Below are positions 1 to 11,030 of a stretch of DNA of 64,000 nucleotides, piece by piece. The notes below the pieces were generated by a model, which ran no database searches, was not told the DNA's origin, and saw nothing but the letters and a program-made list of their open reading frames with translations. The stretch is from an uncultured Nitrososphaerales archaeon (GTDB lineage Archaea > Thermoproteota > Nitrososphaeria > Nitrososphaerales > Nitrososphaeraceae). The DNA lies in contig CAWJCY010000003.1 of NCBI GenBank assembly GCA_963841565.1, positions 202,801 through 266,800 of the forward strand. Reading direction: 5' to 3'. Position 1 is the first letter of the stretch; every line of letters starts with the position of its first letter. The position numbers and the translations under genes are program-made.

Positions 1-2046
1 GTACTTGTTTGATAATAGAATTGATACGGTATCAATTCTATTTAATTTAGAATAAAAGAGTAAAATAGTAAACAACACCCCTGAAAGGATAAGTACAGTG
101 GTAAGTAATATTATTAGTTGTGATGGGATTCTTTCTCTTGCGAAGAAAAAGGGAGAATCATCTGTGGGAGGGGGAAGAGAAGAAAAGCTTGAATTTCCCT
201 TTCCTACAAGTGACCCAATTGATGCCATATTGTCAGATAGGGCTTTTTCAAAATCAGTTTGCACGTAATCAGTAGGTAGCAGGATCGTTCTAGCATTTCT
301 TTCAGAGACTCTTTGTTTGACTAATTCAAGTTCTTCTGTTGTAAAGGCGCTATCTTTAATCATAACCAACACGGGATAAATTGATCCTTCACTTGAAGGT
401 AGAAAGTAAAGGCCTGGTTTATTTTCTACTATAATTATTTTATCCAGAATCTCTTGGTTTTTCTCTATTACACTAGATGCTGATCCATTTCTTGGGTCAA
501 TAGGCGATTCAGTACTCTCTTCACGAAGAGATTCATAGATCAAAGGTATTAGCCTAGGCAATTCTATGTTCCAACGTATCATCACTAACATGCCATGATC
601 TTTATTCAAATGTTCCAGATATTGCTTGAATGCTTCTACCGTGTATAAATAGTTCTCAGACAATGCATATCCACCGGCAAGTTGAGCTGCCCATGAATCT
701 ACTAACTTGATCATGATGAGGTCGAATCTTGAATCTGTACCACTTAGGTATCTTCTCCCTTCATCAATTACCAATTCTACTTGATCTTGGTCATACAAGT
801 TGCCAGCAGCATCTCCAAACCGTTTTGCAGCTTCAATGATTAACGGGTTTATTTCAACTGCGGTTACATTCCTTGATCCTCCTGCCAAAGATGTAAGAAC
901 GTCTTCGCCTCCACCACTACCGATCACCAAGGTTGAGTTAGTCTTTGAAATTTCATAAGGCAGGAAATCCATGTATCGCTTAATCCAAACCAGATCCTGC
1001 AATGTCTCATTCCAACGTATAACGGGTGTGTCGGCATCAGCGTCTATTGCAATGGCGGCTAGGGCTCTGGACCTTCCAGAGGAATCTAAGCTTTGAGGCT
1101 GATTTGTATTATGTATTTGGCGGGTCACATCAATTCTAGAAAATGAATTCCACTCCGTAAAAAGATGTTCAAAGCCCGTCGGATTTGAAAGCTGATAATA
1201 CAGTCCTTTTTTCTCTCCTGGTTTAATCGAAACCAAATCTGTATGTAAGGAACCATATGTCAGAATCAGCGAAAATATGATTACAAGCCCCAGCGAGATC
1301 AATAACAACCGAATTAATTGCGTCCTATTCCCATATTTCATAACCATGTTACTATGGTTAGGACCTTGTTCTGCATTAGAATACTGTATGTTACGTGGAA
1401 TCAGATTTCCCCACCTGACGATATATCTTTTGACTTTTAATGTTCTTGGAACGTGAATAGAAAAGTAAGTATTATTTCTACGCATCACAAATATTCCAAA
1501 CACACAAGTCGCTGAAATCAACAAGGAAATAAAAACTAGGGTATATTCAGCTCCAAAACCTCTAAGCAATGGATCCAACAAAAGCGCGGCGGCTGCAGAT
1601 CCCATCAAGTCAAGAAAATAAAGTCGACTGATATCTCTTGGTCTGGAATAGAAAATAAGAGCTATTGCAATACCTGCAAACAAAAAAGGTAATGATGAGG
1701 CGAGGTAGAATAGGTAAAGGAAATTCACGCTAGGTGGAATGAGGTAGCTCGTTACAAGAAGAAAAATCCCAATAGATGTCGCAAAACCCAAAGAAGACTT
1801 CAGCAAATAGATCGGGACAAGTTCCCTCCGCAGTCGATTCTTAATGATATGAGCAACAAGTGAACCTATCCCAAGGCCAAAAAAAGCGATTGATATGGCC
1901 ATAAATGCATAGTCATACCAGAGAATTATTGAGAAGATTCTAGTGAGAGTGAGCTCTAAAAGCAATACACTCAATGATATTACCGCAAGAAGAATCGCGT
2001 AAAGCAATACCAGCGAGGAGCCAACAATCAATCCATGTTGAAACAC
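1..2046 (-). CDS. Multi-pass membrane protein with spermidine-synthase-like SAM-binding domain (3' end runs off the window)
   Basis: Translated by hand; absent from the ORF track because no stop lies in the window. GTG at 2046, then TM segments LLLELTLTRIFSIILWYDYAFMAISIAFFGLG and the motif TLVIGSGGGEDVLTSLAGGSRNVTAVEINPL. Confidence 0.8.
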   Translation of the reverse strand, partial: MFQHGLIVGSSLVLLYAILLAVISLSVLLLELTLTRIFSIILWYDYAFMAISIAFFGLGIGSLVAHIIKNRLRRELVPIYLLKSSLGFATSIGIFLLVTSYLIPPSVNFLYLFYLASSLPFLFAGIAIALIFYSRPRDISRLYFLDLMGSAAAALLLDPLLRGFGAEYTLVFISLLISATCVFGIFVMRRNNTYFSIHVPRTLKVKRYIVRWGNLIPRNIQYSNAEQGPNHSNMVMKYGNRTQLIRLLLISLGLVIIFSLILTYGSLHTDLVSIKPGEKKGLYYQLSNPTGFEHLFTEWNSFSRIDVTRQIHNTNQPQSLDSSGRSRALAAIAIDADADTPVIRWNETLQDLVWIKRYMDFLPYEISKTNSTLVIGSGGGEDVLTSLAGGSRNVTAVEINPLIIEAAKRFGDAAGNLYDQDQVELVIDEGRRYLSGTDSRFDLIMIKLVDSWAAQLAGGYALSENYLYTVEAFKQYLEHLNKDHGMLVMIRWNIELPRLIPLIYESLREESTESPIDPRNGSASSVIEKNQEILDKIIIVENKPGLYFLPSSEGSIYPVLVMIKDSAFTTEELELVKQRVSERNARTILLPTDYVQTDFEKALSDNMASIGSLVGKGNSSFSSLPPPTDDSPFFFARERIPSQLIILLTTVLILSGVLFTILLFYSKLNRIDTVSILLSNKY

Positions 2047-2181
2047 CTACCCCATCTAAATTTATTACTGAGCGAATCACTTTGAAATAGAATTTCAAGA
2101 CGTTGAAAGATGACTTCTATTATATAGATGATTCTAACCAGAACCTACATAGTTCTGTTGAATTGCGAATCCTTGGAAATG

Positions 2182-2334
2182 CTATGGAATAAAGTACACA
2201 ATGAAACTAGCGCCTATGATCGCAGTAACAATTATGGCCGTAATTATTATCCCTTTTTTAGTAGTCTTTCGTCTTCTTACCGGTTGATCGACCACTTTAT
2301 CATCAATATTTCTGCGATTGTTATTCTGTTCCAA
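2182..2334 (-). CDS. 50-aa small protein with a single C-terminal TM helix
   Basis: Hand translation from TTG: MEQNNNRRNIDDKVVDQPVRRRKTTKKGIIITAIIVTAIIGASFIVYFIP*. Basic cluster followed by a clean TM helix; same strand as the neighbouring large gene. Confidence 0.6.
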   Translation of the reverse strand: MEQNNNRRNIDDKVVDQPVRRRKTTKKGIIITAIIVTAIIGASFIVYFIP

Positions 2335-2982
2335 TCAGTTCCATCACCTTCCTATTACGTGTTCAATATTGGTAACTGGCAATTATAAATGTGACTACTA
2401 ATTTGTGGGGGATTTCCCGTTTCACGTATACAACAGTAAACCTCATTACGACACGAAATTATGAATTCAATCAAGGGTTCTACGAAGTGTATCCTCTTCA
2501 TGCTTCTAGCATGTTTTGTAATTCCTAACTAGTTGCGACCAAAGAAATCATGACATTAGTATTAGCATGATAGTTTATAATGCTGCTTACTCATCAAAAT
2601 TACAAATATGGTTTTTTATACCGGTGTTAATGTGACATTTTATCTGAAACTAGTTTAGCCAAATTTAAGTCAGAATGTGGCGAGTCGGTCAAAAAAAGTC
2701 TTCGCGTCAGCGGGTATCATACTTTGAATCTTTATTGAATTACTGTTATTTCTATTTTCGAAGGACAAGAGTTTAGCATATATGAATCATCAAAAATTCT
2801 AAGTCTATGTGAAAAGTGGCAAACTTTGGGTGTGGTAGCACATTTTTTGAACTCTTCCAACATCTGACAATTATACTTGGGATTGAGGTAATAACAGATA
2901 AGACGATCAGCTTAATTTTTTCAATTAATTAGCCGCACTAAATTATCGTATTGAATTTTTAATTAATTTACAAAGACACTTT

Positions 2983-3174
2983 GTGATGAGCGTGTCCTTC
3001 GTTACAGAATTAAGAGAAAGAATTGTTATCCTTCAGGAGGCTTTAGATTCTGAAAAAAACCTGCGGAAAAGGCTATATGATGAGAACCAAGTGTTAATTG
3101 AGGAAAATCGAGAGATGGCTGATCAATTAGAAGCATTGAGAGCTCATTTAGAGGACATAGAGAAGTTACGATAA
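2983..3174 (+). CDS. Small coiled-coil hypothetical protein
   Basis: 63-aa ORF, E/L/R/K-rich with heptad character. Confidence 0.6.
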   Translation: MMSVSFVTELRERIVILQEALDSEKNLRKRLYDENQVLIEENREMADQLEALRAHLEDIEKLR

Positions 3175-3829
3175 GGCAGTGTCTCTAGATGAGGATTACT
3201 ACTCTTAACCACATTTTCTTGAAGTGAGGATATATGTACATTCTCAAATCAACTCATATGATCCCCTGAGTATATCAAATTGTGTTCAATGTATACAGTT
3301 TCCTCTATTAATTGCTGTCACTATGTCCCTACATATTATAATGTCTTTAGAAATATCCCCCCAAAAATTGGATCGATATTTTTGATCGCATACGGAGGAA
3401 TGTTCCTGGGTAAAACTGCTTAGAAGGTCACCAACATATTAATATCTCCAATTTGTTAGAATACCCTGTAGCCTAGAAAATGCAGCTGGATAGCTATTTC
3501 TCTATTCCTCTAATATAAAGGCTTTAGTTCATTTCAAGATGTACCATCCCTAATATCTTGCCGTCTCCAGGCACCACATGTTCATGTCTGAATATTGGAG
3601 AGCAAGGTAGAACCTCAAAAGTTGCCCCCTGCGGGGTATTGTCTAGATCATGGTTATAACCATATTCATAATTGAATACGACTCTCTGAGTTCTTAGACG
3701 CTGCTTTCAGTCGCTGAAACCAGGTTGAAAGAACTGAGCACGACGAGCAACCTGCGAATACAGCATAGGCGTGCGCGATATCATAGGATATGCATTCAGT
3801 AAAGGTACCCGACCCGCAAATTAGAGTCA

Positions 3830-3837
3830 TTTAAGTA
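3830..3837 (+). promoter_or_regulatory. Putative TATA box of a leaderless tfb transcript
   Basis: TTTAAGTA ending about 24 nt upstream of the ATG at 3861. Confidence 0.5.
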
Positions 3838-3860
3838 TATGGAATGCATATATATATCTT

Positions 3861-4775
3861 ATGTTAAGAAATAAGCTAGTATGTAAGAATCATACCGATT
3901 ACGAATTCACGATAACTGACCCAGATTCTGGTGAGACAATATGTACCAGTTGCGGAGTTGTTCTGTCAGATAGAGTGTCTCAGCAAAATGTCCAGGAGCG
4001 CCGATCATTTGACGCGTTGCAAGACCGGGAAAGGAGCAGAGTAGGTATGCCAAGCACTCTTGCCAGACACGATAAAGGGCTGTATACCGTCATTGGTAAA
4101 CCGAATAAGGACGCTAGCGGTCAGGCTATTGACAATTCCATGCGCGTCATGATGGAAAGATTAAGGACATGGGATTACCGATTACAAGCACGGTCTGCAA
4201 CCGATAGGAATCTTAAAAGTGCTTTTGTTAAGCTTGAAGCCATGAAGGGAAAGCTATCGTTACCTCACGCCACGATCGAAAAGGCCGCCTATATCTATAG
4301 GAAGGTTCAAGAAATGGGAATGATTAAGGGAAGAACAATAAATGCTGCATTGGGTGCGTCTATTTACATTGCTTGTAGAGAGGCTGGCATTACAAGGACG
4401 TTGAATGATATAGCAGTCATAAGTAATACCTCGTACAAAGAGTTAGCGCGCACATACAGGCTCATAGTATTGAATTTAGACTTAAAAGTACCTATGATTG
4501 ACCCGATCAAGTGTGTAGCAAAACTTGCTAACAAGTTAGGAGTAAGTGAAATTACGAAGAGATATGCCATCGATTATATGCATGCGGTTTCAAAAAGCGG
4601 CGTTTCAGCAGGAAAAGATCCTATGGGATTGGCAGGAGCTGTCATCTATCTTTCATGTAAAAACCACGACCAACCGAGGACTCAAATTGAGGTGGCTAAC
4701 GCAGGCGGTGTGACAGAAGTGACACTCAGGAATAGAACAAAAGAGCTGTCTATGAAGATCCCCCAGCTCAATTAG
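3861..4775 (+). CDS. tfb: Transcription initiation factor IIB (TFB paralogue)
   Basis: N-terminal Zn ribbon CKNH..DPDSGETICTSCG, B-reader RSRVGMP..HDKGL, two cyclin repeats ending GVTEVTLRNR. Confidence 0.96.
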   Translation: MLRNKLVCKNHTDYEFTITDPDSGETICTSCGVVLSDRVSQQNVQERRSFDALQDRERSRVGMPSTLARHDKGLYTVIGKPNKDASGQAIDNSMRVMMERLRTWDYRLQARSATDRNLKSAFVKLEAMKGKLSLPHATIEKAAYIYRKVQEMGMIKGRTINAALGASIYIACREAGITRTLNDIAVISNTSYKELARTYRLIVLNLDLKVPMIDPIKCVAKLANKLGVSEITKRYAIDYMHAVSKSGVSAGKDPMGLAGAVIYLSCKNHDQPRTQIEVANAGGVTEVTLRNRTKELSMKIPQLN

Positions 4776-4949
4776 TCTCTAATCCTGATTTAGTATTGAT
4801 CGAGTATTCATATGGGTCAGAGTAAAAGCCAGTTATATCTAGATTTCTAACGAGAACACGGGATATCCCCAAAATATCGACAACGTGGTCATATAACGGT
4901 GGCAATCATACATCCTGTAGCTTGTAAACCCGATATAAAAATAATTTCC

Positions 4950-4965
4950 AAAAAATGTATAAGTA
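4950..4965 (+). promoter_or_regulatory. Putative BRE/TATA of cdc48
   Basis: A-run followed by TATAAGTA about 20 nt before the GTG start at 4985. Confidence 0.45.
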
Positions 4966-4984
4966 GTTAGATAAAAGAGAGTCT

Positions 4985-7189
4985 GTGCAGCCAGATACAT
5001 TTTCACTGAAAATTCTCGAAGCTTACACCAGAGATGTAGGCAGAGGAGTAGCTCGTATCGATTATGACTCGATGGATTCTCTCACCGCCTCAACAGGAGA
5101 TGTAATTGAAATTAGGGGCGGAGAAAAAAGTAAAAGTCATAAGAGAACGGTGGCAAAGTGTTTGCCGCTGTACCCCTCTGATGAAGGTAAGGGAATAATT
5201 CGTGTTGATGGTCTTGTACGTAATAATGCAGGTGTTGCTATAGGTGATACAGTAGTTGTAAGAAAGATAAAGGCAGTTCCAGCTGAAAAGGTAATAGTAG
5301 CACCGCTTGAAGCAATTCCACCTATTGATGAAAGGTATCTTGCAGATGCACTTGAAAGTGTACCTCTGATCAAAGGCGATAATGTCATGGTTCCATATTT
5401 TGGTGGAAGACTTACTTTCCAGGTTATCGGGGTAAACCCTACTTCAAGTTCAAGTGAAGCGTCAATAGTAACTCAGAAAACCATGTTCACAATTACGACA
5501 ACTGACCATGCCTTGGCGGATAGAGTCGGACAAACTATCGCCTACGAAGACATAGGTGGCTTGAAGGACGAGATTCAAAAAGTACGTGAGATGATTGAGC
5601 TTCCTTTAAGACATCCAGAGATATTTGAGAAATTAGGAATTGAAGCTCCTAAAGGTGTGCTTCTATTTGGACCCCCTGGAACTGGTAAGACACTGTTGGC
5701 AAAAGCTGTTGCCAATGAAAGTAACTCACATTTTATCAGTATATCAGGACCTGAAATAATGAGTAAATTCTATGGAGAATCTGAAGCACGTTTAAGGGAA
5801 ATCTTTAAGGAGGCAAGAGAGAAGTCACCTTCGATAATATTCATTGATGAGATAGATTCAATCGCACCAAAGAGAGAAGAGGTAACTGGTGAGGTGGAAC
5901 GACGAGTTGTCTCTCAATTACTTTCATTGATGGATGGTTTAGAAGCTAGAGGAAAGGTTATAGTCATTGCTGCAACCAATAGGCCAAATGCCTTAGATCC
6001 AGCATTACGCAGACCAGGTAGATTTGACAGAGAAATTGAGATCAAAGTTCCTGACAAACGAGGTAGACTGGAGATATTACAGATTCATGCCCGTAATATG
6101 CCTCTGGATACTGATGTAGATCAAGATAAGATTGCTGGTGTAACTCATGGGTTTGTAGGTGCAGATCTTGAATATTTGTGTAAAGAAGCAGCTATGAAGT
6201 GTTTGAGAAGGCTTCTACCTGAACTCAATATGGAGGATGAAAAAGTTCCTCCCGAAACACTGGAAAAGCTCGTGATAAACATGAATGATTTTGACTATGC
6301 TACAAGGGAGATAACCCCATCTGCCATGAGAGAGGTCTACGTAGAACCTCCCGATGTCAAATGGGAAGATATTGGTGGACTAGACAACGTTAAGAGGGAA
6401 TTACAAGAGGCAGTGGAATGGCCAATGCGCTTTCCAGAAATGTACAAACAGCTGGGACACGAGGTTCCTAAAGGAATACTTCTACACGGACCTTCAGGCA
6501 CCGGAAAAACACTATTGGCAAAGGCTGTAGCTACTGAATCTGAAGCGAATTTCATTAGTGTTAAAGGCCCAGAATTAATGTCAAGATGGGTAGGCGAGTC
6601 TGAGAAAGGCATTCGAGACATATTTAGGAAGGCAAGACAGGGAGCACCTTGTGTAATATTCTTTGACGAGATAGATTCTATTGCACCTGTCAGAGGCTTG
6701 GAAGGTGTAGGGTATGCAAGCACAGAAAGAATGGTATCACAGTTACTTACAGAGATGGACGGAGTCCAGGAAATTCATGACGTTGTGATTATCGCGGCCA
6801 CGAATAGAGTAGATATGATTGATCCTGCTCTCTTACGTCCTGGGAGATTCGACAGAATTGTTTTTATCTCAAATCCAGACAAATTCACCAGGAAGAAAAT
6901 CCTTGAGATAAATACAAAAGGAAAGCCAATAGGTCAGGACGTAGACCTGGAGAAGATTGCCACCATAACTGAAGGCTTTAGCGGCGCTGACATCGCGGCA
7001 ATAGCCAACACCGCAGTATCTTTGGTTCTGCATAATTATCTTCAAAAGTATCCAACACCCGAAGATGCTCTCAAACATTCATCTGAAGCCCTTGTTTCTA
7101 TGCATCATTTCGAGGAAGCCACCAAGAAGGTTCGAAACCAGAAGGAAATGAAACCAGAAGAGAAACCAAACCTTTCGCAGTACAGATGA
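4985..7189 (+). CDS. cdc48: CDC48/VCP-like AAA+ ATPase
   Basis: N-domain [11 protein letters not shown]; two AAA modules [23 protein letters not shown] and [23 protein letters not shown]. Confidence 0.97.
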   Translation: MQPDTFSLKILEAYTRDVGRGVARIDYDSMDSLTASTGDVIEIRGGEKSKSHKRTVAKCLPLYPSDEGKGIIRVDGLVRNNAGVAIGDTVVVRKIKAVPAEKVIVAPLEAIPPIDERYLADALESVPLIKGDNVMVPYFGGRLTFQVIGVNPTSSSSEASIVTQKTMFTITTTDHALADRVGQTIAYEDIGGLKDEIQKVREMIELPLRHPEIFEKLGIEAPKGVLLFGPPGTGKTLLAKAVANESNSHFISISGPEIMSKFYGESEARLREIFKEAREKSPSIIFIDEIDSIAPKREEVTGEVERRVVSQLLSLMDGLEARGKVIVIAATNRPNALDPALRRPGRFDREIEIKVPDKRGRLEILQIHARNMPLDTDVDQDKIAGVTHGFVGADLEYLCKEAAMKCLRRLLPELNMEDEKVPPETLEKLVINMNDFDYATREITPSAMREVYVEPPDVKWEDIGGLDNVKRELQEAVEWPMRFPEMYKQLGHEVPKGILLHGPSGTGKTLLAKAVATESEANFISVKGPELMSRWVGESEKGIRDIFRKARQGAPCVIFFDEIDSIAPVRGLEGVGYASTERMVSQLLTEMDGVQEIHDVVIIAATNRVDMIDPALLRPGRFDRIVFISNPDKFTRKKILEINTKGKPIGQDVDLEKIATITEGFSGADIAAIANTAVSLVLHNYLQKYPTPEDALKHSSEALVSMHHFEEATKKVRNQKEMKPEEKPNLSQYR

Positions 7190-7574
7190 TTAATAAGTAT
7201 CCTCGTCTATTCTTTGCTAGAAGCAATTCATTATGTTTTTTTAATTCCGATGCTGAATAAACTTCAGAATATGCCTGGTAATTTAATAATGGGAAGGATT
7301 TTTCTAAAAGATAGGAAGTCGTTTCTCTAACACAGCTTGAATACTAAACTACAAATTGTACATTCGATAACTTGACTGTATGAAATGGTAACATGATGAA
7401 AGATAAATTGAAAGGTATTAGCGTAAACATGAAATCGGAATGGATAGGGCTGTCAATGTGCGGTCATACTAGTTGGGAATCGTTTTAATATTTTAAAAAC
7501 AGTTACAAACGATACTGACGGTCTGGAGATAGAAGCCGTTTAAAAATCACCCCCTGGTTTTTTCTAAAGATTGA

Positions 7575-8360
7575 CTATTTCTCTTTTGGTTTACGGCTGT
7601 AGTTTCTCATAGTTTCTACGACCCACTTCACGTCTTCCTTAGTCTTTGCTAAATTGGCGATTTTTACACAATCCCTAATGTCTCTAGACTTCAATTTTGT
7701 CCATACAACGTCAGCAACTTCCGCGGCTATATCTTCAGCTATTCCTTCACCGTGACACAACAGATGAATAGTGACTTCCTTGAAACTTCCGTATTTATAT
7801 GGTTTAAAGTATAAGACTAAAAATCTAGAGAGAAGTGGTGTAAGCATTCTCTCAGTAGCGTTACTTGTAGCAAAGACCCAGGTCTTTAACTGCGTATTGC
7901 GAGCCTTCTGGAACTTGGTCTCAGCGATTATTCCTGTTTCCATAAGGCTAAGTAGCGCTGTTTGGTCTTTCAAAGGCATATGTTCGATTTCATCAATAAT
8001 AAGATACCTTGGACGTTTCTCAAACAGGTATTCTATCATGCCCGATTTGGTGCTGTGACTTCCGAGAGTAAAGTAGGATCGTTCAAGTTTCATACATTCC
8101 AACATAAAAAGGGTTTTAGCTGAAGCAGGAGGCCCTACCAGAAGAATATGCACTGGTCTTTCCTTAGAATACAGTGACAACTGGAATAATTTCTTTATGT
8201 CTTCATAACCCACGATATTAGAGAAAAGCTCTCCCCCACCGTGAAACTGAGACATTGTATCTCCATCAACTGGTTCTCCCACCTCATTCTTCAATGATAC
8301 TAGATCTTTTTCGTTACTTGAATACACTCGACTATTGATGGCATCTTCGGATGCTCGCAT
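7575..8360 (-). CDS. Stand-alone AAA+ ATPase with an MCM-like core
   Basis: Walker A GPPASAKT, Walker B LIIDEIE, LLSLMETG, sensor FATSN, arginine finger LLSRF. Confidence 0.85.
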   Translation of the reverse strand: MRASEDAINSRVYSSNEKDLVSLKNEVGEPVDGDTMSQFHGGGELFSNIVGYEDIKKLFQLSLYSKERPVHILLVGPPASAKTLFMLECMKLERSYFTLGSHSTKSGMIEYLFEKRPRYLIIDEIEHMPLKDQTALLSLMETGIIAETKFQKARNTQLKTWVFATSNATERMLTPLLSRFLVLYFKPYKYGSFKEVTIHLLCHGEGIAEDIAAEVADVVWTKLKSRDIRDCVKIANLAKTKEDVKWVVETMRNYSRKPKEK

Positions 8361-8781
8361 GCAGAGTACCTACGTCTCATCGGTATTAAAGGCATTTGAG
8401 CCAAAAAATGGTGTCAATTTACTCGACAAATATAGACAGATCTGATGAATGGTCACATACTTCTTCCTTCCTTAAGTAGTGGGTGCGATGGGTATCAAAA
8501 TATTGATTTTTCCTTCAATAACTTTTCCTTTTTTGTTCTCACATGATAGTATTGAAATAGACCTCCCGTCGAACCATCATAACGTGTGGGAGAGCAATTG
8601 GCTGAAGTAAATATAAGATTAACAGGGAAAGATGATGAAATGGACTGTGCTCAATCTGAAATCAGGGTTTATTATCGAAATTTCTAAGTAGATTCCTTGG
8701 TCATTGCACATCAGGTAGGGGCTAAGGCAACTGCTACCGAAACTTGTATTGTAAATAGAGTTTTCTGTTGTTCTTACCTTA

Positions 8782-9633
8782 TTATCTTTCTATTTTCAAC
8801 GTATCGTAAAATCTGTTGTACCAATAAAATGCTCCAACTAAAACGACGTAATCAGTCATGAAAAATAGATCCCATATCCACATCTCTTTGGTGCTGCCCT
8901 CCAGAAAATGATGCACAAACCCGTCGTCAGCAATGGCATTTATTAGAAGAGATAATGAAGAAAGAATCCAAGGCATGAAGTTATAGTAATCTTTCCTATG
9001 CACAGTCAGGATGATGACCGATGGTATGATTAGAACCACATCTAGGATGGGGTATAATATTGAAAGCACCAAATCAATAAAGCCTGTCCTCGTTTCGCCT
9101 ATCATTCTCCCTTCTTGATTCGCGTAGAAACCTGATGGAAGAATCAAATTGTACGCTATTACGGATCCGGAGGCAATAACGACCATGATAACACTAAACG
9201 TATGAACCTGATCGCGTTGCACAAATCTGAGAGCAGTGAAGAGATGCAACGAAAAAAATACATAGCCAACTATCCAACAAGGATCTGCAAAAGACACAAC
9301 TAGCACCTGTTCTTCCTCATTGTGTTTAACAAAATGCCCATACGCTAGCGACAAGTCGCCTATAAACCAGAACAAAATTCCCAATGTGAGATATAACAAT
9401 GATTTACCGTGTGTACCGCCGAATCCATATCGGTATATTGTAACGAAACCGTATACAGTTGCCAGACAGGCAGTAACGTTGAGAGCGATAACCGTTATCG
9501 AATAATGTTGACTCGGAAAGTATGATACAAAACTTATCACCAGCGCATTAATAATAATGACGATTATCCCCAAAACTAGGCAAAATTTAATTACTAGCCT
9601 TCGAAGTAATCGAGGAGAGACATTATTATGCAT
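8782..9633 (-). CDS. Polytopic membrane protein (about 8 TM), resembling a stand-alone sensor input module
   Basis: 283-aa ORF with repeated hydrophobic helices; motifs WFIGD, SFADPCWIVGY, YPILD. Confidence 0.75.
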   Translation of the reverse strand: MHNNVSPRLLRRLVIKFCLVLGIIVIIINALVISFVSYFPSQHYSITVIALNVTACLATVYGFVTIYRYGFGGTHGKSLLYLTLGILFWFIGDLSLAYGHFVKHNEEEQVLVVSFADPCWIVGYVFFSLHLFTALRFVQRDQVHTFSVIMVVIASGSVIAYNLILPSGFYANQEGRMIGETRTGFIDLVLSILYPILDVVLIIPSVIILTVHRKDYYNFMPWILSSLSLLINAIADDGFVHHFLEGSTKEMWIWDLFFMTDYVVLVGAFYWYNRFYDTLKIER

Positions 9634-10468
9634 CGGTTACTCTGTCGCTTTGCTGTTTTATATATAAACCAAACGTTGTAGTAAGTGTTACAAGCACAGC
9701 ACTCAAATGACATTTTGATTCAGGCGACTCCATTTTAGAATGCGACTTCTTTTCAGTCAATTCGCATTAAGGTAGATATTGTTGGACAGAGTAAGAAAAA
9801 TGTCGGATACTCTGATAGTAGTATTAACCACTATAATGGATCAATATACAATCGTATGATCCAGAAGCGCTATCAGTCAATCCTTGACCTGAATTCAGAA
9901 TAGGTTTCATTTTTTTCCTCCACTTTGACTTCCCGAAGTGAATGTCAAGTTAGATTATTTAGGGCGAATACAAAAAATCTACATGAACCGAATCCTACTA
10001 CTAATATTTCTGAAATTCTTCGGGAGTTATCTACTTGTTTGATAGATAAAGAATGGGCGGTCGTTTATGTATGGTGGGCAAATCATAGACACCCGATGAT
10101 TGATTCTGATCAAGTGGTGTTAGTTTCAAACCTGACTTATCTAATAAATCGCACAAATTCCGATCGACCCCATCAATTGATTGATTTCATCACAAATATG
10201 ACAGCCCAAAAACTCTTAACATTAACCATCCCATGCTATACGCCACGAAATGAATGATGAGTATAGCTTGCTCCTGTGTGTGCGCAAGCTATACATTTTG
10301 CCAGCAGAGGTGTGATTTCTGCAAATATCCAGAGTCCTGATTGATTCATATTCTTTATGTTTGCATTGTACTACGTTGTTTCGCTGTATTTAAACAGGGT
10401 TCAATCTCACCATACACAAGATGAAGATTCTGTTCAAGATTATATTACCAGTTATGAGGAATTAGATT

Positions 10469-10963
10469 ATGAGTTACACAGGTAAGCAAAGAATTAAAGG
10501 ACAAAGGGTATTTCGACCCCTTTCATTTGTTTCACTTGGTCTGGTCTTTACGGTTATTATTATTGGGGCGTTTCTCAGCGCTCGTGGTCAAGGACTTTTG
10601 TGTTCAGATTGGCCGTTGTGCCCGACTGGCTTCAGTTTGTCACCAGAAGGAGAGTACTTCACCGAATACATTCACAGGATTATCGCCTTGATCACTGTTG
10701 TCTCTGTTTATGTTACAGCCTGCTACGCAATTAAAAGATTTGTCAAGGCTAGAAGGACTGCTACGGCTACCGCCGTAGCAGTCTCAATTCAAATTGCGAT
10801 TGGAATGCTAGTGGTACTTTCAGAGCTACAACCGATCATAGTTGCTATTCATACTGGAGTAGGTGTCCTCTCCTTAGCATTCGCCTTACTGACGTTTATC
10901 TTATCCTACCCTATCTTCACAGGTCATCCCGTCTCAAATAAAGCCTCTTCTGAAGTAAATTGA
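10469..10963 (+). CDS. Half-size COX15/CtaA (heme A synthase) family protein
   Basis: GLLCSDWPLCPTG Cys pair, EYIHR motif and a second His (IHTGVG); 4 TM helices. Confidence 0.85.
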   Translation: MSYTGKQRIKGQRVFRPLSFVSLGLVFTVIIIGAFLSARGQGLLCSDWPLCPTGFSLSPEGEYFTEYIHRIIALITVVSVYVTACYAIKRFVKARRTATATAVAVSIQIAIGMLVVLSELQPIIVAIHTGVGVLSLAFALLTFILSYPIFTGHPVSNKASSEVN

Positions 10964-11030
10964 GGCGTATTTGATTAGTAGTGACTTTGGGTGATATTTA
11001 TGAATGTACAAGTCAGCTAATCCGTCTGAA

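Noticed and set aside
2128-2388. 86-aa + strand ORF
   Set aside because: It is the antisense shadow of the more protein-like 50-aa TM ORF at 2182..2334
3650-3678. Perfect 14-bp palindrome ATGGTTATAACCAT and an adjacent imperfect palindrome upstream of tfb
   Set aside because: Several palindromes of this length are expected by chance in AT-rich 64 kb, and I saw no second copy
9925-10257. 110-aa ORF, and similar short ORFs antisense to or inside larger genes throughout the track
   Set aside because: No motifs; most are shadows of confidently called genes or chance ORFs in intergenic DNA
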